This document shows positions 13,554-27,127 of a stretch of 64,000 bases of DNA, piece after piece. Numbering within the stretch: the first letter of the stretch is position 1; each line of letters starts with the position of its first letter. Location: the NCBI GenBank assembly GCA_964016885.1, contig OZ024747.1, forward strand, positions 49,166,001-49,230,000, read 5' to 3'. This stretch comes from Eledone cirrhosa (lineage: Eukaryota). The notes under the pieces were generated by a model, which saw only the letters and a list, made by a program, of their open reading frames with translations, searched no databases and was not told where the DNA came from. The position numbers and the translations under genes are program-made.

Positions 13554-13800
13554 ATCATCATCATCATCGTTTAACGTCCATCTTCCACGCTAGCATGGGT
13601 TAGATGGGAGTTGTCCCACTTGAGGCAAGGTTGGTCGGGTGACCGTGTCTCGCTCATATAGGACTATCTGGCAGGTTGCCCTTCCTAACACCAACCACAT
13701 TTACAGTGTGGACTGCAAACTTTTTACCGTGTTACCTACATGGCCACATTACAGCGTGGACTGTGTGTTTTTTTTTCTCATGACACCTACACGATCTCGA
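13554..13800 (-). mobile_element. RTE 3' UTR/tail fragment with (GAT)n end
   Basis: Homologous to 57700-57960, the 3' end of the long RTE. Confidence 0.75.
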
Positions 13801-14571
13801 TCTCATTATCTCGTTTATTTGGACTGGGTGTTGTGGTACCAACTTTACAGAGATAGGGTGGTGTTGGTGGGAGTGGGATACACATAAGATTATTTCATTA
13901 CAAAAGGTTCCAAGAAACTAGATGATTCTTGCAAGAATCATCTAGTTTCTTGAAACCTTCAGTAATGAAATAACTACATGTGCTGTTTATTATGTAAATA
14001 AAAATATATATATATATATGTATAGTAGAATAATCGAGTATCGAAAAATCGGCGCACGAGTTCACGATAAACAAAATTCGAGATGAGCGGCAGAGGGCTC
14101 TATAATTCAAATAAATTAGAGCTATAACTATCGTTAAATACCGTCACACGTAGAATATGTCTACAAGCAACCAAATAACCGATAAGTTCGATATGGAAGA
14201 TTCGGGACACTCAGATAAAATATCAATAAATCAATAAATGAAATGAATGTAAAATGTATTTGATAAACACAAATACCAACATATTCATGTTTGTATTGTA
14301 AATGACCAAGTTAGCTAGATTGAAATATACTAATAATAATATTACAGTTTGCCTATCTTGACTTAAGATAATAAATCAACAAAAACAAACTGTATTGGCA
14401 ATGGCCGTGGTGCTTGGACAAATTTAAATTTCAAAATCAAACCTGTTCCGTAGACAGGTTTAAACCTTAAAATCCAAATATGTTTCGAATAATGAAAAAG
14501 TGGAAGAAATACCGCATATATATGTATATATATGTATGCTCATTTTATTCCTCTGGCCTCATGGCAATGAG

Positions 14572-14607
<36 letters not shown>

Positions 14608-16286
14608 GTCGTTTGGAAGCCTCGACAATGCAAATGGGTAAATCTCCGGGTAACAAGGTCCGGTGGTGGAGAGAGAGATGTAAGTGGGTGTACGTTGAGA
14701 TGCGTGGTGTGTATAAGATGTGTGAGATGTGTAGAATGAAGGGAAGAGTAAAAGGATAAAAATAATAATAACAACACAAGAGAGAGTTACCTTGGGAGAG
14801 ATTTAATAGTCCCTATATATTTTGGATTCACATCCATCAACTGGGGTTTTTTTCCGGGGTGGGGGAAAAGGTTGTCTGTCATATATATATATATATTTAT
14901 ATATAATTGTTTCTACTTTTGGCACAAGGCCAGCAATTATCCCAGTATATTACTGGTACTTTATTTTATTGACCCCGTAAGGATGAAAGGTAAAGTTAAC
15001 TTCATCGGGATTTGAACTCAGACCATAAATGATATAATGATACATACGCATGAATCAATTGATATAGTTTCCATATAGAGGTGTTTTCTCTTGTTGATAT
15101 TCTTGCTACATGTGTGTGTGTGTGTGTATACAACATGTTTTCACACAATTTACATCTAACAAATTCCTTTCATAAGGCATTAGTTAACTAAAGGTAGCAG
15201 ACATTTGCCCAAGGTACCAACTACCACACAGTGAGACTGAACCCCAAACCATGCACTTACAAAACTACACTCCTTAACCATAAAACCAATACCTACTGCT
15301 CTATTTTTTGTTTGTTTGTATTTTTTATTCTTTTTGTTTCTTTTTTTTTTTTCTCTTTTCATACCTTGTTCAATATTTCATAAAGTGATGGCAGCTGATT
15401 CATTTCTATGATTAAATAAACAAGCAGGAAGTTTAAAAAATAGATTGAAAAACTGATACTGCCATTGAAATTTTCTCGTGGCTTATTTTGAAAAATAATG
15501 ACAGAATGAAATAAGTTATATATGGTATGACTGTTTGGGAAAAACCTGTACAATGTAAGTTAGAAATAAAGGGGTTAAAATGAGTGTAAGACAAACAAAA
15601 CAAAACAACAGTTTACATTTTTATTTTATATCTCATGATATTTTCCAGAGATTATGAGCTCTGTTTTCAAAAGAGACGAAATGGTATATGAAAGTGATGG
15701 CATGCTGAGCTCTTCAGAGCTCTACATATTGAGCATTCTTTCCTTCTTTTTATTTTTTCAAATTTATTTTTTTATTTTTTCAAATGATATTTCAAATGAT
15801 TAAACTGATCGATGTTATATAAAGTACTATAAGTGATAGGCGGACCGGGCTGCACAGAAGAAAAAAACACACACAAACAAACAAACAAAAAAATAGAGAT
15901 ATTCTCTTGTTTCAGTAGTCACTCAGGTTAGATTTTCAATTTATAAGATATAGAAGCCACGACAGAGAGTGTAATATCTATATTTGTATAAGATATAGAA
16001 GCCACGACAGAGGGTGTAATATTCATATTTGTATAAGATATAGAATTCATTGCAGAGGTTGTAATATTTACTGATACAAGATCATTAAATTAAAATACTT
16101 AGACACAAATTCAGCAATTGGGTGAGTCAAGAAAATCAACACCAATACATCACTAGTTCTTCATTAAGCTCCAGAGAGAAGAAGGACAAAGTTGACTCTG
16201 GTGGGATTTGATCTCTAAAAATGGGGGGACATAATGAAATAGTATTTCATCCAACACACTAATTATTCTGCCAATCCACTGCCCTA

Positions 16287-16632
16287 TCATCATCATCATC
16301 ATCATTTCATTTTACGTCCACTTTTCCCTGCTTGCAAGGGTGGGACGGGAACTGATTCTGGCTTGATTTCTTCAGCTGGATGCCCTTCCTAACACCAACC
16401 TCATTTACAGTGAGTGCTGGGTGCTTTTTTGCCGTAGCACCTCCACGACCACTTTACAGTGGAATGATAGGGACCTCAGTCCCTATCATCTCATTTCTAC
16501 AGCTGAGTAAACTGGAGCAATGTGAAATAAAGTGTCTTGCTCAAGGAAACAACACATCACCCAGTCTGAGAATTGAACTCACAACCTTTCGATTGCAAGG
16601 CCAATGCTCTAACCACTAAGCCATGTGCCTTC
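16287..16632 (-). mobile_element. tRNA-derived SINE family B with RTE-type 3' tail
   Basis: Near-identical to 60281-60625 and 21345-21692. Confidence 0.85.
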
Positions 16633-17017
16633 ATTATGCCCTATATTTTGTTAATTATATTAACTTAATTGGAGAGAAAATATATTCTTTGTCTTTTTAT
16701 TTTTAATCATGTGAAATATAGTTAAATATTAAATTTTTCAACATAATAGTTGAAAAGAAAATATGTGTTGATAAATTTTAATTTTATTTATAAATACATG
16801 ATTTATAACTATTATGTAGATATTGATTTATTTTAACTAGTGTTCTCATCATGGTTGTTATGGTAACAATGTTTCAGCTGTTGTCTTTTTCAGGTGTTAT
16901 TGTATCTTGAGAATGTTATATGACAGATACATGAAGAAGGCAAAAGCATTGTAACTATAACAACCAAAATGAGATCTCTAGTTCAAAAAGTCCATGTATA
17001 AATAATAATAATAATAA

Positions 17018-18182
17018 TTTCTAATTTAGGCACAAGCCCAACAATTTATGGACAGGGGAAAGGTCATTACATCAACCCCAGTACGTGACGGGTACTTCAT
17101 TTTATCGACCCTGAAAGAATGAAAGGCAAAGTAGACCTTGCTGGGATTTAAACTCAGGACGTAAAGAGCCGGAATAAATGTTGCAAAGCATTTTCTCCGA
17201 CACTCTAACGATTCTGACAATCCATCACCCTAAATAATAATTTGTTTCTATATTTGGCACAAGGCCAGTAATTTGAAAGTAGTGGGAAAATTGATTAAAT
17301 CTACTCTTAGTGCATTACTTTATTTTATTGACTCCATAAGGATGATAGAGACAGCTAGCCACAACAGGAATTGAACTCACAATGTAAAGAGGTGCAATTA
17401 TATGCCACAACAAATGTTGTCTGACACTCAACAGATACTGTCAATCCACCACCTTTATAATAATTAATAATAATAATTATTATTTCTACTTTGGTGGATT
17501 GGCAGTATCGGTAGAGGGTCGGACGTCATGCTTTCCAGCATAGTTACGTCCCTTTACGATCTGAGTTCAAATCCAGCCGAGGTTAACTTTGCCTTTCATC
17601 CTTACGGGGTCGATAAAATAAAGTACCAGTAATGCACTGGGTAATTTCTGGCCTTGTGCTAATAGTAGAAACAATTATTTCTACTTTAGGCACAAGGCCA
17701 GCAATTTGAAGAGGAAGAGAAAGTTGATTAAATCGACCCCAGTGTGTTACTGGTACTTTATTTAACGACCCCGGTGGGATTCGAACTCAGAACATTTAAT
17801 AATAATAATAATGATATTTCTACTTTTGGCACAAGGCCAGCAATTACCCGCGCATTACTGGTGCTTTAAAGGGCAGTGGATTGGCAGTATCGGTGGAGGG
17901 TCGGACGCCATGCTTTCCAGCATAGTTACGTCCCTTTACGATCTGTGTTCAAATCCCACCGAGGTTGACTTTGCCTTTCATCCTTACGGGGTCGATAAAA
18001 TAAAGTACCAGTAATGCACTGGGTAATTGCTGGCCTTGTGCCTAAAGTAGAAACAATTACTGGTGCTTTATTTTATCGATGACATAAGTTAACCTCAACG
18101 GGATTTGAACTCAGAACGTAAAGGGCCATAACTATGCTGCAAAGCATGGTGTCTGATGCTCTGCCGATACTGCCAATCCACC
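17018..18182. mobile_element. Cluster of nested SINE family A copies in both orientations
   Basis: At least six partial or complete copies of the GGCACAAGGCCAGCAAT / GGGGTCGATAAAAT motifs separated by (AAT)n. Confidence 0.85.
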
Positions 18183-18454
18183 TAATTTCCTAAATTGTGA
18201 ACTTCAAATATGATTTAGAATATTTTCATTATAATTAGTTGTGCATAGCGCAAGCTTACTTGGGGTATCATGGGGTGTGAATTTACATATGTACCTCAGA
18301 ATGCAAGCTTACTGGGGTATCATGAAGTGTGAACTTACATGTGTACCTCAGAATGCAAGCTTACATGTATACCATAAAGCGAGTTTAGATGTGTATGTTA
18401 GTATGATCTTACATAAGTACCACATTGAGTGTTAGCTTACAAAAATACCACTTG

Positions 18455-18710
18455 GAGCAAGCTAATAGGTATATCATACAGCAAGCTAATAGGTGTATCA
18501 TACAGCAAGCTAATAGGTATATCATACAGCAAGCTAATAGATGTATCATACAGCAAGCTAACAGGTATATCAAACAGCAAGCTAATAGGTATATCATACA
18601 GCAAGCTAATAGGTGTATCATACAGCAAGCTAATAGATGTATCATACAGCAAGCTAATAGATGTATCAAACAGCAAGCTAATAGGTATATCATACAGCAA
18701 GCTAACAGGT
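18455..18710. repeat. 24-bp minisatellite (cagcaagctaataggtatatcata)n
   Basis: About 10-11 units; explains the periodic ORFs 18409-18749. Confidence 0.95.
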
Positions 18711-19745
18711 GTTCATTATAGTCCTCCAAGCCATAACAGAGGAGTTTAAGACTGGCTGCCTATGGGAACTTCTCTATGATGAGGATCTGGTTCTTATAGC
18801 AGAATCAGTAGTGGAGCTAGAGAATAAATTCTGGCTATGGAAACAGCAATTGGAATCAAGAGGACTGAGAGTGAACCTAGTTAAGACTAAGGTATTGATA
18901 AGTAGGAAAGAGGGCAAAACTCCGATTCCATCAGGGAAATGGCCATGTTCGATATGTAGGAAAGGAGTTGGCGTAAATTCTATAAAATGCACACAATGCA
19001 GATCTTGGGTACACAAGAGATGTAGTTGGATAGCAAGCAAACTAACAGGTAGGGCAAACTACACATGCAGTAGATATACAGGAAAATTTGACAGTAGAAG
19101 TCGCAGTGATAGACACATTTTTCAAATGCAGGCAAGATCTATAGAGGTAGTTGATAGCTTCCAATACCTAGGTGATCAGATTAGTAAGGGAGGAGGGTGC
19201 TCTGAGGCCATAGTATCTAGAATAAGGACGGGTTGGAAGAAGTTTAGGGAACTGCTTTCTCTGTTGACAACGAAGGGTTTCTCCCTATGAACAAAAGGTT
19301 GGTTGTATGATGCCTGTGTGAGATGCGCAATGCTGTATGGTAGTGAGACATGGGCAGCAACTGTGGAGGATATGCGATGGCTGGAGAGAAATGAAGCAAG
19401 CATGCTCCATTGGATGTGCAATGTCAATGTGCGTGAACGACCAAGCATAGACGAGTTGAGAGAAACTGTGTATAAGAGGGAAAGGCTGTAGTGTGCAGGA
19501 GAGAAGATTGTATTGGTATAGACATGTGATGCACATGGAGGATGACAGCTGGATAAAGTAGTGCCAAGAAATCCCAGTAGAAGGAAGACCACGAAAAACA
19601 TGGGCAGAGGTGGTGAGAACAGACCTCAGATCCCTGAAGCTCACGGAGGAGATGACAAAGGACCGTGACAATGGAGAGATGCTTTGCTTAATAGGACCCG
19701 TCCCACCCTTGCAAGCAGGGAAAAGCGGATGTAAAATGATGATGA
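18711..19745 (+). mobile_element. 5'-truncated RTE-clade LINE with PHD-like finger
   Basis: WELLYDEDL (YADD-like), WPCSICRKGVG..CTQC..WVHKRC, YGSETW; (GAT)n tail. Confidence 0.9.
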
Positions 19746-20340
19746 TCACACACACCATCATCAAGTCTGTTTTGCATCCATTTTCCATGATGGGCATGGA
19801 TCAAATGACCGTGTCCTGCTCATATGTTCTAGATTGTCATGGTTTCTACAACTGGATACGTTTCCTAACGCCAACCACTTTACAGAGTATAATGGGTGCA
19901 TGCTGTAAAGTCTCCAATTTTTTTTCTCCTTAATTTCCCATTAAAAATATTCTAGGAACATTACATAAACTATGAATTTAGGCATGTGAAAAAATATATA
20001 TAAAAACATTATTATAATTACAATTATATATTAAAGTTTCAAGAAAATTATTTAGCAAGCATTTTTTACTTTTTTTAAGCAAATCATATAATATTTGAAA
20101 TGTTATAATTAGACTAAAGCATACCAGGAATATCTCATTAAAATCATTGAAAAAAATAATAACAATAACAGATATCTTTCAATGAAAGATCTTTAGCAAA
20201 AACAATGATGATTTAAATATTAGCAAACATTTTTTTATATTTCCCCAGTTGGTTTTTCAAAATATTCTGATAGTCAAAGAAGAAAATGTTCTTTTTTCTA
20301 TATAATCTTAAAAGCCTGTGACATATTTAGAAATATTAAA

Positions 20341-20398
<58 letters not shown>

Positions 20399-20423
20399 GT
20401 TATGTAATAAACAACATAAAGTA

Positions 20424-20496
20424 ATTATTTCATTTACCAGTGGTTTCTTGAAGACATATTTATATCTGTCTTCAGTCGTCAGAACAAATAAATAAC
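20424..20496 (-). ncRNA. Type I hammerhead ribozyme motif (CUGACGA variant)
   Basis: Minus strand: tttgttCTGACGActgaagaca..tgtcttcaaGAAAccactggTAaatgaaa. Confidence 0.7.
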
Positions 20497-20844
20497 ATGG
20501 TGTTTTTATTAAATATGGATTTGAAAAAAAAATTTAGGAAATATGAAAGTGAGGGTGAAAAGTGAGGGTGAAATATGAAAGTGAGGGTGAAAAAATATAT
20601 AAATAAATATCCGGAAAATAAACATACACACACTCAACCAAGCGCATATACGTAATAGTACGTAGACATATACCTTCTCACATAAGCGTATTTGCGTCTA
20701 CATGGAAATACGAACAGACACATAAAACGTGTGGTCTTTTGCTCATATATGCACACACACAGGCGCACACTCACACATGTACTCAAAAATAACGTAAAAT
20801 CTATATATACACACATGCATATCTCTCCATACTCATATATACAA

Positions 20845-20882
<38 letters not shown>

Positions 20883-21344
20883 TACACACATATACACAAT
20901 TATATACGCACCCAAATATGTACACACACACATAAATATGTATACACACACACACACATACATACATACAAACACAAAAGGCTCTATTCATATGCGCACG
21001 TATATATACACACAAAAAATACATATATACACATACATATCCATACATACATATATACATACATGTATATATATATATATACATGCACATACATATATTA
21101 ATATGCACAAACCATTGGGAGGTAGTTCAGGGGCACATATAAATAAGATCAAAAAAATTCAAAAAATATATAAGAAAATAAAATAAAAATAAAAATAAAG
21201 CCATAAAGGGACGTGTTGACAACGAAAGGTGGGGGGGGGGATAAAATATAAATACAAACAACGTAAAAATAAATAAATAGACACGATATGTATATATATA
21301 TATAAACATACACATATACAAACACACACACATATATGTATATA

Positions 21345-21692
21345 CATCATCATTTCATCATCATTTCATTTTACGTCCGTTTTTCCCTGCTTGCAAGGGT
21401 GGGACGGGAACTGATTCTGGCTTGATTTCTACAGCTGGATGCCCTTCCTAACACCAACCTCATTTACAGTGAGTGCTGGGTGCTTTTTTTGCCGTGGCAC
21501 CTCCACGACCACTTTGCAGTGGAATGATAGGGACCCCAGTCCCTATCATCTCATTTCTACAGCTGAGTAAACTGGAGCAATGTGAAATAAAGTGTCTTGC
21601 TCAAGGAAACAACACATCACCCGGTCTGAGAATTGAACTCACAACCTTTCGATTGCAAAGCCAATGCTCTAACCACTAAGCCATGTGCCTCC
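21345..21692 (-). mobile_element. SINE family B
   Basis: Same sequence as 16287-16632. Confidence 0.85.
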
Positions 21693-21924
21693 ATATATAT
21701 AAAAATAAATGTATACATATACATGCATATAAAACATATATACATATATATATATATACACACGCACACATATACACGTGTCTATATATATACGTGCGTG
21801 TATGTATAGAGCCTTTTGTGTTTGTATGTATGTATGTGTATGTGTGTGTATACATATTTATGTGTGTGTGTACATATTTGGGTGCGTATATAATTGAGTA
21901 TATGTGTGTATGTACCTATATATA

Positions 21925-22545
21925 TTCAATTCAATTCAATTCAATATATTTGGCAGAAATTAAAAGATAGATGCTTCAGATGCCATGTAAGGAGGGGAGG
22001 GGGGCAACATTTACACAGTCCGAAAAACAGTGGTCCAACACCGGTCCACTTTCACCTTGAATTGTTGCGTGGTCGACGCGTTGACTACTTCTTCTGGAAG
22101 CCGATTCCAGGGTCCAGAGATGCGGATCAAGAAAGCAGCTTTCCGTCTATTTAGGCGAAAGCGGCAGTGAAACAGCTTTTTGTCATGTCCACGTAGACCC
22201 CTTTCACGTACCGGAGTGAATAGGAGATCTTGAGGGAGATCGTAATGGCCATTGAAGAGATTGTAAGCCAAAATGAGATCGCCTCTTAGCCGTCGACGCT
22301 CCAAGGAGAAGAGGTTCGGCTTCTGCAGCCGGCTTTCGTAGGGCACCTCATGAAGACTCTTTACCATTCGAGTCGCTAGTCGTTGAACTCTCTCCAACTG
22401 ATGGATATCGTGGATGAGATATGGGATTGATGCTTGGATGCCATGGTGATTCTAGGTGCGGTCTAACGAGGGCGACATAGAGAGGCCTGAAAATTTCTGG
22501 AGTGAGTTTGGCAAAGGAGCGTCGAATAAGAAAAAGAGAGCTCCT
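21925..22545 (-). mobile_element. CR1-clade LINE 3' fragment with (TGAAT)n tail
   Basis: ORF 22011-22397 [38 protein letters not shown]. Confidence 0.9.
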
Positions 22546-22921
22546 TGCCTTGTATATATATATATATTTGTATATATGTGTATGGAGAGATATGCATGTG
22601 TGTATATATAGATTTTACATTATTTTTGAGTACATGTGTGAGTGTGCGCCTGTGTGTGTGCATATATGAGCAAAAGACCACACGTTTTATGCGTCTGTTC
22701 GTATTTCCATGTAGACGCAAATACGCTTATGTGAGAAGGTATATGTCTACGTACTATTACGTATATGCGCTTGGTTGAGTGTGTGTATGTTTATTTTCTG
22801 GATATTTATTTATATATTTTTCCCCCTCAAATTTTTTTGCCCGTTTTTTATTTCAGCCTCACTTTCATATTTCCTAAATTTTGTTTTCAAATCCATATTT
22901 AATAAACACACCATGTTATTT

Positions 22922-22986
22922 ATTCGTTCTGACGACTGAAGACAGATATAAATATCTGTCTTCAAGAAACCACTGGTAAATGAATT
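22922..22986 (+). ncRNA. Type I hammerhead ribozyme motif (CUGACGA variant), best-formed copy
   Basis: attcgtt-CTGACGA(22929-35)-c tgaagacagatat aa atatctgtcttca a-GAAA-ccactgg-TA-aatgaat; 7-bp stem I, 12-13 bp stem II, GUA site at 22978. Confidence 0.75.
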
Positions 22987-23086
22987 AATTATCTTATGTT
23001 GTTTATTACATAACTAAAAAGCTCTGTAGCCTACATAGAGCACTCTCTTTTCCTACGGAAATACTTCATTTAATATATATATATAA

Positions 23087-23133
<47 letters not shown>

Positions 23134-23167
23134 TATGTATGTGTATATATATATATATATATATGAA

Positions 23168-23356
23168 ATAATTGTTTCTACTTTAGGCACAAGGCCAGCA
23201 ATCACCCAGTGCATTACTGGTACTTTATTTTATCGACCCCGTAAGGATGAAAGACAAAGTTAACCTCGGCGGGATTTGAACTCAGATCGTAAAGGGATGT
23301 AACTATGCTGGAAAGCATGGCGTCCGACCCTCTACCAATACTGACAATCCACCGCC
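23168..23356 (-). mobile_element. SINE family A
   Basis: Core and B-box motifs as above. Confidence 0.85.
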
Positions 23357-23789
23357 TATATATATATATGAAATAATGAAATACTTTGAACTGTCTCAGA
23401 AAAAAACACTTCATTTTTGTCTTCTTATTTCATCTTCTCTTCTTTTGTAAAGTTATAACATCTATTATTGAATCATCTAATAACTAATAATTGATTTCTT
23501 ATTATCAAAGACACCCACACATTACATTTATAGCACAAAGCAGGATAAATGTGGTAATATGACATGCTTCTTTCAATGTTTTCTATGATAAGAAGTAGAA
23601 ATAACACTTCTTATGCTTAGTTTTATAGCCTTACATTTTTGTTCCATTTTGGTCCTCTTATATTCATCATTATTATTATTATCATCCAAATGAAAAAAAC
23701 CCTACAGAATTTAGAAAGAAGAACACACTAAACAAGTGCTTTGAAATCAAGTAACACATTTTTATCACTGTAGTGATAAGAACACAAAA

Positions 23790-24490
23790 ACTGTCGACAT
23801 CGTACATACATTTTTCTGGGGACATATATCTTTTTTTTTTATCTCAGTGAGCATTGATGGATATATAATAAGCAGGTCTAGAAATATATGATGGTGACTT
23901 TATTCTATAGCTGATTTGAACTATAGATCTGTTAACATCTTACATAGATTGTTCAGGGATACACAGCTTTTATGTTAGTGAATATTGATGGATATATAAC
24001 AATTTAGTTTAGAAATAAATAGCCATCATTTCATTCTAGAGCTGATCCTAAATATGGATCTATTGACATCTTATATGTATTTTTCTGGGACATATATCTT
24101 TCTTTTGTCAGCAAATGTCACTGAATATATAACAAATCTAGAAATAAATGGTCATGATTTCATCTTAAACTGGATCAAAAGAAAATCGGTCAATATCATA
24201 CATAAATTTTCTGGAATATATAAATTTCTCTGGCAGTGAGTGTCAGTGAAAATATAACAAATTATTCTTAAAATAAACGATCTTGATTTCATCTTTGATC
24301 TAATCGAAAAGGAGACATATATAATCTCCTTTGATCTAGATATAAATGCTATTGATTTCATTCTATTGCTGATCCTAAACATGGATCTATCAACATCTTA
24401 CATTGATTTTTATGTGAGCAAATATATAAAGAAATTGGCTTAAATAAATATTCATGATTTGATTCTATCATTGATCTTTTTGATCTTACT
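23790..24490. repeat. Degenerate tandem repeat of about 130 bp just downstream of the host stop codon
   Basis: Recurring agaaataaat..catgatttcat..gctgatcctaaa.atggatctat..acatctta. Confidence 0.6.
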
Positions 24491-24648
24491 TTCCTTAAGT
24501 GACATGATGGGTTAACAAACACAAGATATTTGAATCTGTACCATAACTAGTTTTCTTATCTAACAGATTTATCAATGACTGTTATTGGTATTTGGAGGAG
24601 CAAAAAGCACCATCTTTATAAAAAGATGGACGAAAGAAGACCAAAACA

Positions 24649-24767
24649 TCAAGGCATGGCATAGGGAGGTGGTGGCTGTGAAGGAGGAGGACCATGTGGT
24701 GGTGCATAGAAGCCGGGTGGTGGAGGTTGTTGTGGTGGTATCATTCCAGGCTGCATAGTTGGGGCAC
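24649..24767 (-). CDS. Host gene last coding exon F: ends PPPPYAMP-stop
   Basis: Acceptor ttttctttttcag|GT; (S)APTMQPGMIPPQQPPPPGFYAPPHGPPPSQPPPPYAMP*, with TGA at 24651-24649. Confidence 0.8.
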
Positions 24768-25235
24768 CTGAAAAAGAAAATAAACACACCGTTTATATTA
24801 TTGAACACACACATGCACACACACTATATATGGAAAAATGGATGTAAAAAGAATGATGATGATGATGATGACACACACATTCCAGTCCACTCAGCTGACA
24901 AAAGTTATTTATACAAGTAATTCAAAGGGCCAACGTTGTTGCACAGTGTCATGCTGAATCTCCTTAAGAATTATGTTATGAATAAAAGTGTCTGTGGAAT
25001 GCTCAGTCACTTGTAAGTTGATTTAACAAGAAACCTGAGGTTCAACACTTAGACACACAAAGAAACAGTGGGGGGGGGGGGGGGAGAAAGACAAGCACAC
25101 AGTCAGACAGGCAGAAAAACAGAGAAGAGAGGCAGGGGAGATAAATTGATACAATTTATGAATAATGAGGAGGGGAGGAAAAATTGGTGAAATAACTCCA
25201 GAAGGAATATGAGAGCAAAAAAATGATGTTCTTAC

Positions 25236-25316
25236 TGGGAAGAGGATGTGCATAGGGTGGAGGAACTGGCCCTGGCATATGATCTCCTGGTTGCGGTGGT
25301 GGATATGCAGGGTAAC
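25236..25316 (-). CDS. Host gene exon E: proline-rich tail with PPPY motif
   Basis: Acceptor tgtgcttttctag|GT, donor CCCA|gtaaga; 81 nt, phase 1-1; (G)YPAYPPPQPGDHMPGPVPPPYAHPLP. Confidence 0.8.
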
Positions 25317-26118
25317 CTAGAAAAGCACAGATAAAGTAGAAAGTAAAACTATATTTCAACTAAATACACACCTTACTAACACACTGGTTCCAAAACTAGT
25401 TTTTTGTTTTACTCCCTGTGCACTTTAGAACATGTAAACTTATTTTAGTGCACTTTGTATCTAAATCTAAAAATTTATTTAAAAGAGATAATTATACATG
25501 CACATAGCATAAAGTAGAAATATTGATAATTAGAAATAGAGAAATATTATTTGTACTTCCTTCTTTGACAGTTATATATAAACTTTATTATGAATTTCCA
25601 GTTGTGTTATTCATATTTTCAAATAAAAACTTACTCTTTTGCAGTGCATCTAATTCCATCTCACAGTGCACCAATGCACTGAACTGAACAACTTGTGAAC
25701 CATTTACACTGTTATATAAATGGGCTGTTGTTTTTTTGTTTTGTTTTTTTCTAGTGGAAATTCCAAAACTGCTTATTTTTCTTTAATAAATAAAGATTTT
25801 CGTTGACCAATTTGTAATGGTACCAGTGGCAGATTGGGGAAGGGCGATTGGGTTTCCACAGTATTTATAGGTCTCGCTCTCACACACACACACACACACA
25901 AAATTGCTTAGAACATTTCATTTTATGAGTTTTATTTGTAACCTGTTTTGAATAAAGAAAAAATAGTTTGTTTTTTTATCAATAACATATTTTACAAACT
26001 GATTTTATATATAATATTAATTTGAAATTTTAATGTTAGCATAATTTAGGAAAGCCTTGATTAGTTGCCAGTTGGATAGAATGTGTCTCAGTTTAGGATT
26101 TTAAAATTATGGTAAATC

Positions 26119-26158
<40 letters not shown>

Positions 26159-26454
26159 TATGATTTATAAAATAATTTGCTGAAACATGTATAATTAGTC
26201 TTCAGCTGTTCCTTATTTTTTTTTATACCAAACCAACTGAAATTGCCACTGATTCTAGGATACAAAAATGTCCATTTTATAATGTTTACATATATCTAAA
26301 ATCTGTCCATTGTAAATTTGTGTAAGAACCTTTATTAAGTTCTGTTCCAAACACTAGATAAATAATGAAAAGTTAGTTATTTTACTAACTTTGTAAATTA
26401 TTCAATATATTCAAAATGATTTGAAAATCATAGGCAGTATCCTTCATTAGAAAT

Positions 26455-26930
26455 ACTAACAGAAAAACCACCCTTTGGGTGGTTTTCTGTTAGCATGTGT
26501 AGTGTGTATATTGATATTATACACAAATATATATGCATGTAAATAAAATCGTAATTGACAATATACACAGAAATTGAACGAAGACTGTGTTACACTGTTT
26601 TCTGTAATCAGTAACGTAATCCATGATACATTTAAAAAAAGACGATATTATATATAAACTGCATTAGGAAAAAATTAGCGACGGAAATATATGCAATTAT
26701 ACGTGTTATAATATAAAGGCCGCTAACCGGAAGTGTTGACATTTGACAATTTTAAAGAAGTAAATCTTTAAATAAGCTATAAAATATATTTAATCAACAG
26801 CCACGAAATTTAGTAGATAAAGTATGTAATATTCATTCATTATTTATTCAAAGTAATCCAACTTATTTTACAAACGGGTAAAAAAAATATATTCTGGATG
26901 CAGTCCCGCACTCCTTACTTTATTATAGAA
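26455..26930 (-). mobile_element. Non-autonomous Helitron family 2, copy 2 (no SINE)
   Basis: Reverse-complement homolog of 7863-8578 including the terminal hairpin aaaaccaccc..gggtggtttt. Confidence 0.7.
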
Positions 26931-27127
26931 ACAAAATGGTAACAAAAGAATCTAACAAGATAAAGCACTAAAGATTATACCTGTATATTTGTATATATAA
27001 ATCAGCATATAGAGAGAAGTAAACAGAGATGTGTGTTCAATCACAGGGGATTTAAAATTGCCAGTGAGAGGAACATATTAACTATAGAAAGAATGGTGAA
27101 TACAAATCAATTAAAAAAATATATTAT

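Larger units (their letters stand above)
20397..23016. repeat. Long interrupted inverted repeat (left arm about 20397-21010; right arm about 21785-21915 plus 22548-23016)
   Basis: Arms are reverse complements (ORF 20692+ mirrors ORF 22463-); each outer end has a hammerhead motif. Confidence 0.9.

Noticed and set aside
12280-16960. Possible plus-strand exons at about 12280-12357, 15650-15684 and from 16893 (good polypyrimidine-AG acceptors)
   Set aside because: Short, with no convincing joined ORF or recognisable domain; cannot be supported without RNA data.
18409-18749. Periodic Cys/Gln-rich ORFs
   Set aside because: Translations of a 24-bp minisatellite.
20634-21353. Multiple Tyr/Ile/Cys/His-rich ORFs
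   Set aside because: Translations of (TA)n/(CA)n low-complexity sequence.
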